Shown here: positions 9,764-19,636 of the stretch, in pieces | How positions within the stretch are numbered: the stretch's first letter is position 1 | How the letters are laid out: every line of letters starts with the position of its first letter | IMG/VR virus record: IMGVR_UViG_3300024239_000013 | Span: 248,001 to 312,000 of that record | Direction: 5' to 3' (one strand) | DNA length: 64,000 nucleotides | Position numbers and translations under genes: made by a program | The notes under the pieces: model-generated | Told to the model about the DNA's origin: nothing | The model's input: only the letters and a program-made list of their open reading frames with translations | Database searches by the model: none

Positions 9764-10354
9764 TTATACGGGTTTATTGAATCCCCCTCCACCTGCGCTA
9801 GGAGCAAATATTAAGAATCCATCTTTCTTTTCTATCGATTTATCGTTAGGTTGAGCTACATTAGGTGCCAATATCATAGAAGGCTGGTTCTTAATTTTGG
9901 ATTCTAAGAATTTTTTTCTACCTTCACTAACTTTGAATTTTTTCTGCTCCTGATTTTCTCTGAAAACCTGGTTCGGATTAGTATTAGTGTTTGATGATGA
10001 TGTTCTTTGGTTCTCATTTTTTTTAGACATAAAGCTTTCTTCCACAGTAGAAGAAGTTGGAATTAATAATACATTTCCCTCCATTAAAGAGAAAGGATTG
10101 CTGATATTATTCATTTTAAGAAGTGATCCTACTGAAGAATGGTCACCTAACTTTATAGCAGCTATTAAATCAGGCCTCATTTGATAGTATTCAGTAACAA
10201 GAAATACACTATCTACAGAAACTTTTACTGCATTATAAGTAATAGATGATTTAGTCAAGTCCCAAATACCATAGTTTCCACTAGATTCTAATGTTTTGTC
10301 AGGATTGAATATGTTCTTATTCCTATATAAGGTATCTATTTTAAAATATCCCAT
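9764..10354 (-). CDS. baseplate wedge gp53/LysM-like protein
   Basis: MRPDLIA...LLKMNNISNPFSLMEGNVLLIP motif. Confidence 0.6.
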   Translation of the reverse strand: MGYFKIDTLYRNKNIFNPDKTLESSGNYGIWDLTKSSITYNAVKVSVDSVFLVTEYYQMRPDLIAAIKLGDHSSVGSLLKMNNISNPFSLMEGNVLLIPTSSTVEESFMSKKNENQRTSSSNTNTNPNQVFRENQEQKKFKVSEGRKKFLESKIKNQPSMILAPNVAQPNDKSIEKKDGFLIFAPSAGGGGFNKPV

Positions 10355-10366
10355 TGTCTATTAATA

Positions 10367-12226
10367 TTATTGTTGTCCAGGAGCTTTTTGATCAGGTAAA
10401 TCTGCTCCGTAAGGATTAAGTGTCAATGTATCCTTAATAACTTCTTCACTCAATATATTACCAGCAGTATCAGCATAAGCATCATAACTTTGTAAAGAAG
10501 ATGAAGTTTCTAATGAGCTTTGATATAATCTACCATCACCTCTATTAAATATACTTTCTATTTCACCTCTTTCTCTGGATCTGGCATGTTTTAATGTAAA
10601 AGTAGCCTTTATCGTCGTAGGAAAATCGTCAGGACCTAAAGCATCTCCGAATTCTATTTTTAAATCATCACAGATCAAATTACCTATCATTGCTATAGGA
10701 TTACATGGATTTCCTATTGTTAAATGCCATTCTCCTATAGGAGTCCCTGTTAATAAACTTGAAGATGCCTGGATCTTTTCGATATAATCTGCTGTTACTA
10801 CGTTCTGTAAAATTCTACGAAGTGCACCAGGAAACTTTTTACTAAGATCTCTTATTTTATTAATATCTACTGTGGCTCCGTCTTTATTTGTTAATTGTAA
10901 TATCTGTGCTCTCAATTCAGCTAGATCTGAATTTTCCGTTGATGTTGAAGCCCCTGGGGATATTTCTCCAGTTATTTGTGCTCCTTGAGCGGATTTTGTC
11001 GCTTGTCCCTGTGCATTTAATATTTTTTCGCCATAAGTTAAAATAAAATTAAGCGGATCCTTATAGAATTGTAAAAGCCCTTCCTCTCCTCCAGGAAATC
11101 CCACTGCAGGGAATTCGCTATTGTATTTAATATCAGGACTTAAAAAATTACCATAGTTTGTTCCGATTGATAGTAAATTTCCCATTATATCCAGCATAGC
11201 AGCCTTAGTATTAACTTCACCGACTGATGTTAAATCATATTCAAATACAACATTCAGATTTTCCCACGTAAACTTAAGTCCAGATTTTCTTACATAGGTA
11301 TCTTTAATAACATCCATAGGAACCCATTGATATTTACTCAAAAGACCAAAATTTCCTTCAGTAGCTCTGTCCCTCAATCCACTGTACCTTCTACTTTCTA
11401 CTGTTGTGTTATTGGGGTCTGCATAAATAGCTGCATTTTCCCCTATAGACTGCAAAGCTAAAGAAAGGTCATCCGTACCTGTAACAACCCTAGCTGCTTC
11501 TGAGAACCATTTATAAGGTAAATCCCCATAGAAACCCTTTGATGTTGCTTCCTGCGTAATGACATCTGCTTGGGTATCTTGATCCCATTCTAGTCCGGTT
11601 GTAAATTGGATTAAACTACTAAGTACATTACCGGTATTTCCACCAAACCAGGTAACAGCTTGTGCTACTGGTCTTCCTGCACCTTTAGTAAGGTAAGCTT
11701 CTGATGTCTTAACCGATTCGGGTACTGATAAATTATCGAGAACTGGAGTTGGAAACCTTCTTAAGGTTATCATGTAATTATTAGGTATCGTTCCATAATA
11801 CTTACAATATAAAAAATCTTTCCAGTAATAAGGAGCAGAAAGTCCCCCGATAATACTTTTTTCGAATTTAGAAACAAATCCGGATAACCTTCCTTCATTG
11901 TTACCGATTATAGATTCCAGATCAGAGGTCTCTCTTACTAGATATCCTGCTGAAGGATTTTTTGATTTTAGTGAGGATACTCTTCTATTATATTCGGCAT
12001 TTTCCGATTTATAATAGGAATCCACAAAGTCATTTTCATTATTTCCTAATGAATAAAATAAGAACTGTCCATACGCATTTGGAGTTCTTTTTGCAGCTTC
12101 GTAGAAAAGACTTCTGGCTGTAGGTCCCTTAAATGGATTATTTGATCCTAGATTGCTATATCGTTTTACAATCGTAGAAACATTTTTTCTTAAAAGAGTT
12201 TCTTGTAAACTTGGTCCTGGAATCAT
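10367..12226 (-). CDS. probable baseplate/tail-tube-associated structural protein
   Basis: 619 aa; C-terminal WHLTIGNP..IGNLIC..GPDDFP..ATFTLK tube-like region; baseplate cluster. Confidence 0.45.
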   Translation of the reverse strand: MIPGPSLQETLLRKNVSTIVKRYSNLGSNNPFKGPTARSLFYEAAKRTPNAYGQFLFYSLGNNENDFVDSYYKSENAEYNRRVSSLKSKNPSAGYLVRETSDLESIIGNNEGRLSGFVSKFEKSIIGGLSAPYYWKDFLYCKYYGTIPNNYMITLRRFPTPVLDNLSVPESVKTSEAYLTKGAGRPVAQAVTWFGGNTGNVLSSLIQFTTGLEWDQDTQADVITQEATSKGFYGDLPYKWFSEAARVVTGTDDLSLALQSIGENAAIYADPNNTTVESRRYSGLRDRATEGNFGLLSKYQWVPMDVIKDTYVRKSGLKFTWENLNVVFEYDLTSVGEVNTKAAMLDIMGNLLSIGTNYGNFLSPDIKYNSEFPAVGFPGGEEGLLQFYKDPLNFILTYGEKILNAQGQATKSAQGAQITGEISPGASTSTENSDLAELRAQILQLTNKDGATVDINKIRDLSKKFPGALRRILQNVVTADYIEKIQASSSLLTGTPIGEWHLTIGNPCNPIAMIGNLICDDLKIEFGDALGPDDFPTTIKATFTLKHARSRERGEIESIFNRGDGRLYQSSLETSSSLQSYDAYADTAGNILSEEVIKDTLTLNPYGADLPDQKAPGQQ

Positions 12227-12244
12227 TTAGTACACATTCTTTTT

Positions 12245-12592
12245 TTAAAGAGTGTGTATGGTATATCCAAATTCTTCGGAATGCTCGTCTAAGAAGGTCT
12301 CAAAATTTTCTAAAAAATCCGGAGAAATGTTCTTATAGCAAACTAGTATACCATCACACTTCGTACTATATATTCCTTGTAGTATTTTCTTGCGAATAGT
12401 GTAGTTTATTATAAATTCAGATTCATTAGATAAATTGTCGATATCATATCCAAGTTCTCTTATTATTTTAGAAATATCTACTACATAAAAATCTGAGCCA
12501 TGAGTTGATCTTTTCTTGGCTTCTTTTGGTGAATATCGGGATATGTAGAATTTTACAATAATTTTATTATGCATCGGATTCATTAGATTCAA
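12245..12592 (-). CDS. hypothetical protein
   Basis: ORF in operon with neighbours; start uncertain. Confidence 0.5.
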   Translation of the reverse strand: MNLMNPMHNKIIVKFYISRYSPKEAKKRSTHGSDFYVVDISKIIRELGYDIDNLSNESEFIINYTIRKKILQGIYSTKCDGILVCYKNISPDFLENFETFLDEHSEEFGYTIHTL

Positions 12593-12863
12593 GACTATCC
12601 CAATTTTTATTTAGTAAAAAGGATTTAAGTGATGAATATTCAGTGGATTCGTTTCTATAAAAAAAGACATCATTAGAATCTGGTTCTTTACCAAATTTTT
12701 CTTTTTCTTGCTTTATAAGGTCGTTTTTAACAGCCTGAAGATGTTTTCTGTGTCTATTCTTTCCATATTCTACAGTTTCTTCAAGTTTAAGATTTTTTGA
12801 TTTTATGTCACCCAAAAGGCCCATTTTCCTTAAAATTTTTCTTCTTTCTTTTCTATTACTCAT
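12567..12863 (-). CDS. hypothetical basic protein
   Basis: 98 aa; starts MSNRKERRK. Confidence 0.55.
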   Translation of the reverse strand: MSNRKERRKILRKMGLLGDIKSKNLKLEETVEYGKNRHRKHLQAVKNDLIKQEKEKFGKEPDSNDVFFYRNESTEYSSLKSFLLNKNWDSLESNESDA

Positions 12864-12873
12864 AATAAATATA

Positions 12874-13455
12874 TTAGATATCTATACTAAATCCTTTATT
12901 TTTACCGAAAACTGAATCATCCCTGTTATAGAGATCCATTCCTACAACAAATTTAAAAAGCTTAAGGAATAGAGAAGGTATAAAAACATCCTTAACTTTA
13001 ACCACATCATTAGCAGGGATAAATTGGAAAGTTGACGATAACTCTTTATCTGAACCGTCCGTAATTGGCTCATTTCTTTTCATATCACTAACATCTATAG
13101 CAAAACAAGGATATTCCTTATCAATAAATTTAGAAGCGGTAACGGTACCTAAGAAATACCATTTATTATTATCCTGAATATCATACCCGGATTCCTCTTT
13201 TAGTTCTCTTTTTGCTGTTTGTAGATAGTCAGGATCTTCATCTTCTGAAGTTCCAGTAATTAAAGTTATCGAATATCCACCTTCTCTAAATGGGTTTTTT
13301 TCTTTTAGTACACCTAACATCAGAGGTAACCCGTTATCATCCTTTATGAAAGGTAACAAGATAACAGTTTCAGTATTCGAGCATATTCCGATACTATTTT
13401 CTCTTTCAACGACATTAAAATTAGGAGAACTGTATAAAATTTTTTCGTTATTCAT
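12874..13455 (-). CDS. Nudix hydrolase
   Basis: GTSEDEDPDYLQTAKRELKEESGY Nudix box. Confidence 0.8.
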   Translation of the reverse strand: MNNEKILYSSPNFNVVERENSIGICSNTETVILLPFIKDDNGLPLMLGVLKEKNPFREGGYSITLITGTSEDEDPDYLQTAKRELKEESGYDIQDNNKWYFLGTVTASKFIDKEYPCFAIDVSDMKRNEPITDGSDKELSSTFQFIPANDVVKVKDVFIPSLFLKLFKFVVGMDLYNRDDSVFGKNKGFSIDI

Positions 13456-14071
13456 TATTCTTAGAATTTTTTCCTATAGTTGATTTTTCTAAAACAAGAT
13501 TCTTTTCTGATTCTACTTTTTTATTTACAGAATAATAAGTTTTTTTTATAGAATCTGCCAGAGAAGATTTGATATCTTCAATATCAATACCATCTAAAAC
13601 AAAATTTATAATCTCACTATCTGCATCATCAAAAGAACTAGATAAAACTCCATATAGCTCTTTTGGAGGTAGATTTAACTTTAATTTTATAGAAACCTCT
13701 ACAATGTTTTCTTTTTGTTTTTTTAACAGCTTATATATCGGAGAATCCGTATCAACAAATAACTGAGGATCCTTATAAACTACCTCAGTAACAGATGATG
13801 TTTTTGACTGCGGGATCGCTTTTATAATATCAGATTCTCTGTGATCTATTTGTTTTAATTTTGGTTGGGCTGGAAAATAAGTCATATACTCTTCCAAAAG
13901 TTCTAAATTAATTCTCTTTCCACTTTCAAATTCAACAAAAACGCTCTCGCCGACTTTATTGACTCTTTTGAATGATTCTATCGATAAACTATCGTCTCCT
14001 TTTATCCATTGGAACTCCATATTAGAATACATACTACTAAGTTCTTCGAGATTAACTTTTTTATTTTCCAT
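13448..14071 (-). CDS. hypothetical protein
   Basis: ORF track gives 14122; ATG at 14071 (MENKKV) has the typical A-rich leader. Confidence 0.5.
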   Translation of the reverse strand: MENKKVNLEELSSMYSNMEFQWIKGDDSLSIESFKRVNKVGESVFVEFESGKRINLELLEEYMTYFPAQPKLKQIDHRESDIIKAIPQSKTSSVTEVVYKDPQLFVDTDSPIYKLLKKQKENIVEVSIKLKLNLPPKELYGVLSSSFDDADSEIINFVLDGIDIEDIKSSLADSIKKTYYSVNKKVESEKNLVLEKSTIGKNSKNNE

Positions 14072-14194
14072 TTTTTTATTTTTTTTATTTTTACCGAATA
14101 AAAGACCAATGAAATTAGGCATCTTTATACAATTTTACGTTTAGTATATGATTTTTTCCTACTATTAATAAATATATTTTAATAAAAAAATAAA

Positions 14195-14224
14195 ACCATC
14201 CAAGATTGTAGAATCCGGGATGGT
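14195..14224 (-). terminator. intrinsic terminator
   Basis: ACCATCCCGGATT-CTAC-AATCTTGGATGGT followed by a T-rich tract on minus strand. Confidence 0.65.
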
Positions 14225-14250
14225 CTTTTGTTTCGTATATGTTAAAATAT

Positions 14251-15207
14251 TTAATCCTTATTTTTAGAAACTTCCCTTATTTTTTTATCTGATATGAAGA
14301 AGCGTAAAAGTTTTTTTAATTTTTTTACATATTTTTCATCTTTCTTGCTTCTTTCTTGCTTTTCTTTTTCGTCCAAATCATTATATTTCCAATCTTCTCT
14401 ATTTTCAACTTCTAGGAAGTGGTTATATAATCTTTCTTCATCTTCACTATTTTCTATACCTAAAGATTTTTTAAGAAGATAGTTTAAATAATCGTTTTTA
14501 TTTATATCCTGGATATCTGATTCTATTTCCTCCTCTTCAAAACCATCTATATTAAAATTCAAGATTGTTTTACCTCTTTCGCTATTTATTGAAACTGAAG
14601 GATAAACGTCAGATTTTTTTCTAAATATTTCAAAATTACCTATGAATTGATCTGGAGATTTTTTTCTTATGTCCACCTGCATATCATTCATAAGAGATAT
14701 TTCATATTTCCCATCTTCGCATTTTTTCAAATCTTTAACTTCGCACGGAACTCCGAGTATTTCCATTATAAAATAAACATCATCCTTAACTGTGTCCAAT
14801 TGTCTAGTTTTATATGTCTCGTTATCTATTTTAGAATTAATGTAATCTTCTATAAAATCTTCTAGTATTTCTCTATTGGATCTTTTATTTAGCCATCTTT
14901 GATTAGGATCAATTTTTATAGAATATTGATTTTCCTGGATTTTATTAATCTTGATAGAATCTTTGGGCAGATTTATTTTTTTGTCCATTTTACCAAATCT
15001 ATTACAGAAAGAAATTGTAACGTTATTATCATCTTGTGAAGTAATCAATAACTTACCAACAGGGGGTATAGATTCATTCCCACTAAAATTTTCGGCGAAT
15101 ATTTCATATCCGTCTTCTATTATATTTTTAATTTCGTCAATTTCATAATTAAAAGACTCAGACTCCTTTATCATGAATTCTCTAAAATTTAGTATTCTGT
15201 TATTCAT
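14251..15207 (-). CDS. putative internal head protein (CTS-like leader)
   Basis: N-terminus MNNRILNFREFMIKES. Confidence 0.45.
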   Translation of the reverse strand: MNNRILNFREFMIKESESFNYEIDEIKNIIEDGYEIFAENFSGNESIPPVGKLLITSQDDNNVTISFCNRFGKMDKKINLPKDSIKINKIQENQYSIKIDPNQRWLNKRSNREILEDFIEDYINSKIDNETYKTRQLDTVKDDVYFIMEILGVPCEVKDLKKCEDGKYEISLMNDMQVDIRKKSPDQFIGNFEIFRKKSDVYPSVSINSERGKTILNFNIDGFEEEEIESDIQDINKNDYLNYLLKKSLGIENSEDEERLYNHFLEVENREDWKYNDLDEKEKQERSKKDEKYVKKLKKLLRFFISDKKIREVSKNKD

Positions 15208-15227
15208 ATTATCTACAGTCTAGCATA

Positions 15228-15677
15228 TTATTTTTCACCAAAATAAACAGTAATATCAAAGTTTCTTGGGTCTGTTGACTTATTCATATTTATTTCTAAT
15301 TTTTCAGGATAAGTTGGGATTGGTGAATCACTTACTTCATTTTTCAACTGGCTGTAGTCTATGGTTTTACCTGGAATTAAGTCTATATCAAATTCTTTAA
15401 TTCCATTTGGATAATCATCAACCTCAAATTCAAGCTCTATTGAATTTAAAGAGAATATGATTCCGTCGATTCCTCCCTTCTTTACAATTAGATCTACTGA
15501 ATACTCAATAAAAGCTTTACAGTCGTTTATTTCTTCATATTCTTCTGGTCTATCATATAAATCTATATCAACGTACTTTAACTCCCACCCAAAAGAATAG
15601 TCATTGATTCCGCCTCCTATTTTCTTTCCATTTGAATTGTTTTCTGAAAAAGCAGTATAATCGTATATTTTCGACAT
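15228..15677 (-). CDS. hypothetical acidic protein, possible head protein
   Basis: MSKIYDYTAFSEN leader; late motif at 15694. Confidence 0.45.
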   Translation of the reverse strand: MSKIYDYTAFSENNSNGKKIGGGINDYSFGWELKYVDIDLYDRPEEYEEINDCKAFIEYSVDLIVKKGGIDGIIFSLNSIELEFEVDDYPNGIKEFDIDLIPGKTIDYSQLKNEVSDSPIPTYPEKLEINMNKSTDPRNFDITVYFGEK

Positions 15678-15759
15678 TTTATTTTTTTTATTCTATATAT
15701 CCAAAGTAATATTTTTAGATTTAAAATATATAGATAGAGCATTTTAAAAAAATTGTATC

Positions 15760-16482
15760 ATGAAGCAAATAAGTCCAGTATGGTTTATAAAGAAACCACT
15801 AGATCAAGAACACAAGGAATACGTACTTTTAGATTATCTTAAAAAATTAAGTAGAAAATTAGATAAAGAAAATTGTTATTCCATACTAAGAGAAATCTCC
15901 AACAAAATAAAAATAATAAACGAATTTAAAGAATCTAAGATTATAAGTGAATTTCTAATAAATAATCTTAAGAAGGAAGATAAAAAAATAGCTAAAGAGT
16001 TTATATATGATAATTTAGACGAATCTGATAAATTATTATTGGAAAAAATATTAGAAAGTTCTCTAGAAATACTATACGAATATTTAGGTATTTGTTTAGA
16101 TATGATAAAAGAAGAAGAATCTAAAATAAGGATATTTAAAATAGACCCACCATCAGGAGTAGAAGATAGACAAAAATCTGGTATAGTAATAGTTAGAAAT
16201 ATGATAACAGATAGAATTATACCATATTATTGGCAGGATTCGGTTACTCTAAAAACAAAGGAAGGAGATAAAGAAATTTTTATATTAAAAAAAATTCATA
16301 TAAAAAACCAAACATTCTCCTTAAATTATGAGTACATTTATCACGAGATATTGGAAAAATTCAGTAAAAGTTCCAAGAGATTGTCCCCTGATTTACACAT
16401 AATTGAAATATATGAGAATTTTGAAGAAGACTCTGGTATTTATAAATTAGCAAAAGAAAAATTTATAGAAATGTTATCATAA
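15760..16482 (+). CDS. hypothetical protein (only convincing plus-strand gene)
   Basis: 240 aa ORF filling the gap between minus genes; ends at a bidirectional terminator. Confidence 0.7.
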   Translation: MKQISPVWFIKKPLDQEHKEYVLLDYLKKLSRKLDKENCYSILREISNKIKIINEFKESKIISEFLINNLKKEDKKIAKEFIYDNLDESDKLLLEKILESSLEILYEYLGICLDMIKEEESKIRIFKIDPPSGVEDRQKSGIVIVRNMITDRIIPYYWQDSVTLKTKEGDKEIFILKKIHIKNQTFSLNYEYIYHEILEKFSKSSKRLSPDLHIIEIYENFEEDSGIYKLAKEKFIEMLS

Positions 16483-16514
16483 AAAAAGAGAGCTAATTTT
16501 TAGCTCTCTTTTTT
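16482..16514. terminator. bidirectional intrinsic terminator
   Basis: aaaaaagagagctaa-ttt-ttagctctctttttt between convergent genes. Confidence 0.85.
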
Positions 16515-16515
16515 A

Positions 16516-16851
16516 TTAAAAATCATTTAGTTTTTTAATACTGAATTGTTCGGATTCACTAGTATCCATATTGAATATTCCACCTGATGCCGAAGCGTCA
16601 GCCATACCAGTAGTATCTCCTACATTCATTCTATATCCAGGTACTTCTATTTTAGACTGCTTACCAAAAACTGAATCAGCATAACCTACATAGTCGTAAG
16701 CATGTTGTCTAGTAATTTCAGATAGTCCAGTTTTTTCTGGTTGATGAGTTTGGTTTTCTTTTGAAAATGGTTTATATTCATTATCGTGGACTTTACCTAA
16801 AAATTGTTCATAGTCCAATATTTCTCTTTTTGCAACGTTTTGTTGGTTCAT
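16516..16851 (-). CDS. small putative head protein
   Basis: ILDYEQF near N-terminus and IKKLNDF at C-terminus; GATAAATA motif upstream. Confidence 0.45.
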   Translation of the reverse strand: MNQQNVAKREILDYEQFLGKVHDNEYKPFSKENQTHQPEKTGLSEITRQHAYDYVGYADSVFGKQSKIEVPGYRMNVGDTTGMADASASGGIFNMDTSESEQFSIKKLNDF

Positions 16852-16872
16852 GATCGATTTATTAATATTTTA

Positions 16873-17493
16873 TTATTTATCACTCTTACCAAAGAGTCCT
16901 TCCCAAAAAGATCCAAAAGAATTGGATTTTGTTTTTTCAGGATATTCTTTTACTAGCTGTTGCGATAGAGCATCCTTCATTTTTTCTTTACTTTCATCGT
17001 CAAGCTTATTGATAACATCTTTACCTACTGGTTCTTCTCCTAAAACTTTCAGAAAAAACTTAGTTAAATTTTCCTTACCCATTCTTTCCTGTAAACTTTC
17101 TCTTATTATGGAAGCTAACCATCCGTTAGGCATTATACCAAATGGAGTATAAAGGGAATCGAAACCTTTTCTTTGGATATATTCTTGTACGGCTTGAGCT
17201 AAACGAGGAGCTAAAAATTGAGCATTAGCATTTTTACCGGTTAATAATCCTGGGATTTCTTTAATCTCTATGGCGTCTACAACTTCTTGAATTATAGTAG
17301 AGGCTTCACTATTTTCAGAGATCCCTAATTTCTCCAGAAGCGAAGCTGCAAGTTTTTGTTTAACGGTTTTAACAAAACCTGCTCCTAATAAAGGAAGCAT
17401 CCTACCAAATATTGAGTTCATATCGGATATAAGATCTTCATTAACCTCATTTGAATCGTATGAAAAATCTTCAAAACTTTTTATCTTTGACAT
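16873..17493 (-). CDS. putative internal head protein
   Basis: MSKIKSFEDF...VNED leader; late motif at 17514. Confidence 0.5.
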   Translation of the reverse strand: MSKIKSFEDFSYDSNEVNEDLISDMNSIFGRMLPLLGAGFVKTVKQKLAASLLEKLGISENSEASTIIQEVVDAIEIKEIPGLLTGKNANAQFLAPRLAQAVQEYIQRKGFDSLYTPFGIMPNGWLASIIRESLQERMGKENLTKFFLKVLGEEPVGKDVINKLDDESKEKMKDALSQQLVKEYPEKTKSNSFGSFWEGLFGKSDK

Positions 17494-17546
17494 TTTTGGA
17501 TTTTATTTTAGTGTATATATCCAATAAAAATAAAAATATTCGAAGA

Positions 17547-18953
17547 TTAGGCTATAGCTAAAAATAATTCAACAGCCTTTTGTCTATAAGTTAATTTATC
17601 CTTTTTTATTTCTGGATTTTTGAGAGCCTCTTTTTTTCTATTTATTATTGATTCTGGTAACATAGGACCAAAAGTATCTTTTAATATCTTTTTGTCCTTT
17701 CTCCATTCTAGAGGAAGATGCATTGCAAATCTAACAATTTCTAAATTTAAAAACGGATTTCTTAATTCCAATGTATGAGCCATTGACATCTTATCAAGTC
17801 TTGGTAAATGATAGAAAGTAAGTTCTTCAAAAATATCAGATTTTTGTGAATCGTATTCATGAATTCTTGAATACCCTCCAAATAACTCATCTGCTCCATC
17901 TCCACTTAATACTATTCTATAATCAGTATTATTACGAATTGATTCGAATAAATGATATTGGGGTATAACAGATCCCAAATCTATCGGGCTTTCGTTCCAT
18001 TGTGCATATATAAGACCATTTTTTGCAGGATCCATATCATAGCTAAGGAAATTTACAGGAGTGTCTAAATGAGCTCTTAAATCGTTTATAAAGGGAGTTT
18101 CCCCATTTTCTATACTAAACCAAGTAACCTTTGCATCTAACTCTTTTAAAATAGCAGCAATTATAGAAGAATCCAATCCTCCGGAAACTAAAAGGGATAT
18201 CGGATAATTTCTAGATACCAATCTATTCTTAACACTTTCAAACATCTTATCCCAAAGCCAATCGACGTATGAGTCATAATCAGCACCTTCCAATTCAGGA
18301 ATTGGAAGATCCCATAATCTATAATAGTCCTTGTAGGTTTGTTCAAATCCGGGTGATTGCATATTATGATAATAAATTGTATTAGGAAGAACTCTTTTTA
18401 TATTTTTATATGCTGTTCTCGTATCCGTATTATATCCCCATTTTCTAACTGAGCTTATAAAAATTTCATCTATATCAGAAAAATTAGTATAAAGTCCTTT
18501 TATCTCAGAGCAGATTTCTCCCAATTCATTTTTATATAAAGATTTCTTTCCAAGAGGATCTGTAAAATATATAACGTCTCCGTTTTTTGAATTGTAGACC
18601 ACAATAGACCAAAAACCATCCCATTTTACAATGTGAGGAACATACATAGCAACAAAAAATTCTAAATTACCTCCTTTATAATTTTTAAAAAGATCACATA
18701 GGTATTCAGTATCAGATTCAAATATATTCGAATCATAATTAAAAATTTCACCATTAAACATCAGATAAATACCGTCGTTTATTTCTATTGGTTGGTTCCA
18801 ATTATCACCGTCTAAAGTTTGTATAGGTAATCTATGATGACATAGCGTTATGTCACCAAATGACTCTGTTGATCTTTCTATTCCCCTGTGTTTAATAGAG
18901 TCTAATATTCTATCATCAGAATTTCCTCTTGTAGTAAGTAATATTCCACACAT
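17547..18953 (-). CDS. asnB: asparagine synthetase B-like glutamine amidotransferase
   Basis: MCGI, HHRL, FNGEIFN, SGGLDSS, SGDGADELFGGY, ELRNPFL. Confidence 0.85.
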   Translation of the reverse strand: MCGILLTTRGNSDDRILDSIKHRGIERSTESFGDITLCHHRLPIQTLDGDNWNQPIEINDGIYLMFNGEIFNYDSNIFESDTEYLCDLFKNYKGGNLEFFVAMYVPHIVKWDGFWSIVVYNSKNGDVIYFTDPLGKKSLYKNELGEICSEIKGLYTNFSDIDEIFISSVRKWGYNTDTRTAYKNIKRVLPNTIYYHNMQSPGFEQTYKDYYRLWDLPIPELEGADYDSYVDWLWDKMFESVKNRLVSRNYPISLLVSGGLDSSIIAAILKELDAKVTWFSIENGETPFINDLRAHLDTPVNFLSYDMDPAKNGLIYAQWNESPIDLGSVIPQYHLFESIRNNTDYRIVLSGDGADELFGGYSRIHEYDSQKSDIFEELTFYHLPRLDKMSMAHTLELRNPFLNLEIVRFAMHLPLEWRKDKKILKDTFGPMLPESIINRKKEALKNPEIKKDKLTYRQKAVELFLAIA

Positions 18954-18955
18954 AA

Positions 18956-19537
18956 TTATTTAGATAAAATTTTTTTAAAGTTTTTTGTTATGTTTTGTAT
19001 CGAGGTCTCATCAAAATTATTTAGAAATCTATGTATTTTAGCTATTTCATATTTTTCAAAAACAGAAATGACCTTTAAATATGATTCAATTTCTCTAGAA
19101 TCTCCATCGATTCTATCCCATTGATCTTTATTCCTGTTATTTTTATTTGGATTGTCTCCATATAGGAATATAATCTCGATATTTTCCATTAGATTGAAAT
19201 CCTTAATTAGCTTAATTTGATCCTCCATTTCAGATTCAGATATTCTTCCTTCCATTATTCCCCAAGCAAGTACAGTAAGAATACCTCTATCGTGAATAAA
19301 AGAAAAAACATTTCCATTAGACTCAATAGGAACTAAATCCTTAAAAAGCTGCATTAACATAAGTTCTTTCCCCATAGAAAAAGCATGAGCTTCTTTACTA
19401 TTTTGACTTTCTAGACCAAGTCTAGAAAAATAGCCAGCAAAGGAAAATTGATACCTTTGGATGTTGAATTTCTCCGATATTAATTTGGAGATGAATGTTT
19501 TTCCAGAATTTCTAGGACCTTCAAATACGTATACCAT
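18956..19537 (-). CDS. P-loop nucleoside monophosphate kinase (thymidylate kinase-like)
   Basis: VFEGPRNSGKT and IHDRG; ATG at 19537 preferred over TTG 19552, which lies inside the promoter motif. Confidence 0.65.
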   Translation of the reverse strand: MVYVFEGPRNSGKTFISKLISEKFNIQRYQFSFAGYFSRLGLESQNSKEAHAFSMGKELMLMQLFKDLVPIESNGNVFSFIHDRGILTVLAWGIMEGRISESEMEDQIKLIKDFNLMENIEIIFLYGDNPNKNNRNKDQWDRIDGDSREIESYLKVISVFEKYEIAKIHRFLNNFDETSIQNITKNFKKILSK

Positions 19538-19541
19538 GTAT

Positions 19542-19570
19542 TTTATATCCAAAAAATACTAAATGTTTTC
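19542..19570 (-). promoter_or_regulatory. middle-type promoter GAAAA-N18-TATAAA (kinase-asnB)
   Basis: Variant -35; 4 nt before ATG. Confidence 0.5.
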
Positions 19571-19601
19571 AAAATAGTTATAAAAATTGACTTAAAATAA
19601 A

Positions 19602-19633
19602 AAAAAAAGAGGGATTTAATTCCCTCTTTTTTT
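19602..19633. terminator. intrinsic terminator
   Basis: aaaaaaagaggga-tttaat-tccctcttttttt. Confidence 0.8.
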
Positions 19634-19636
19634 ATT

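Noticed and set aside
14132-14234. Middle-like motifs upstream of the 13448 gene
   Set aside because: Spacers of 16-17 and 19 nt, one inside a terminator; too weak to count
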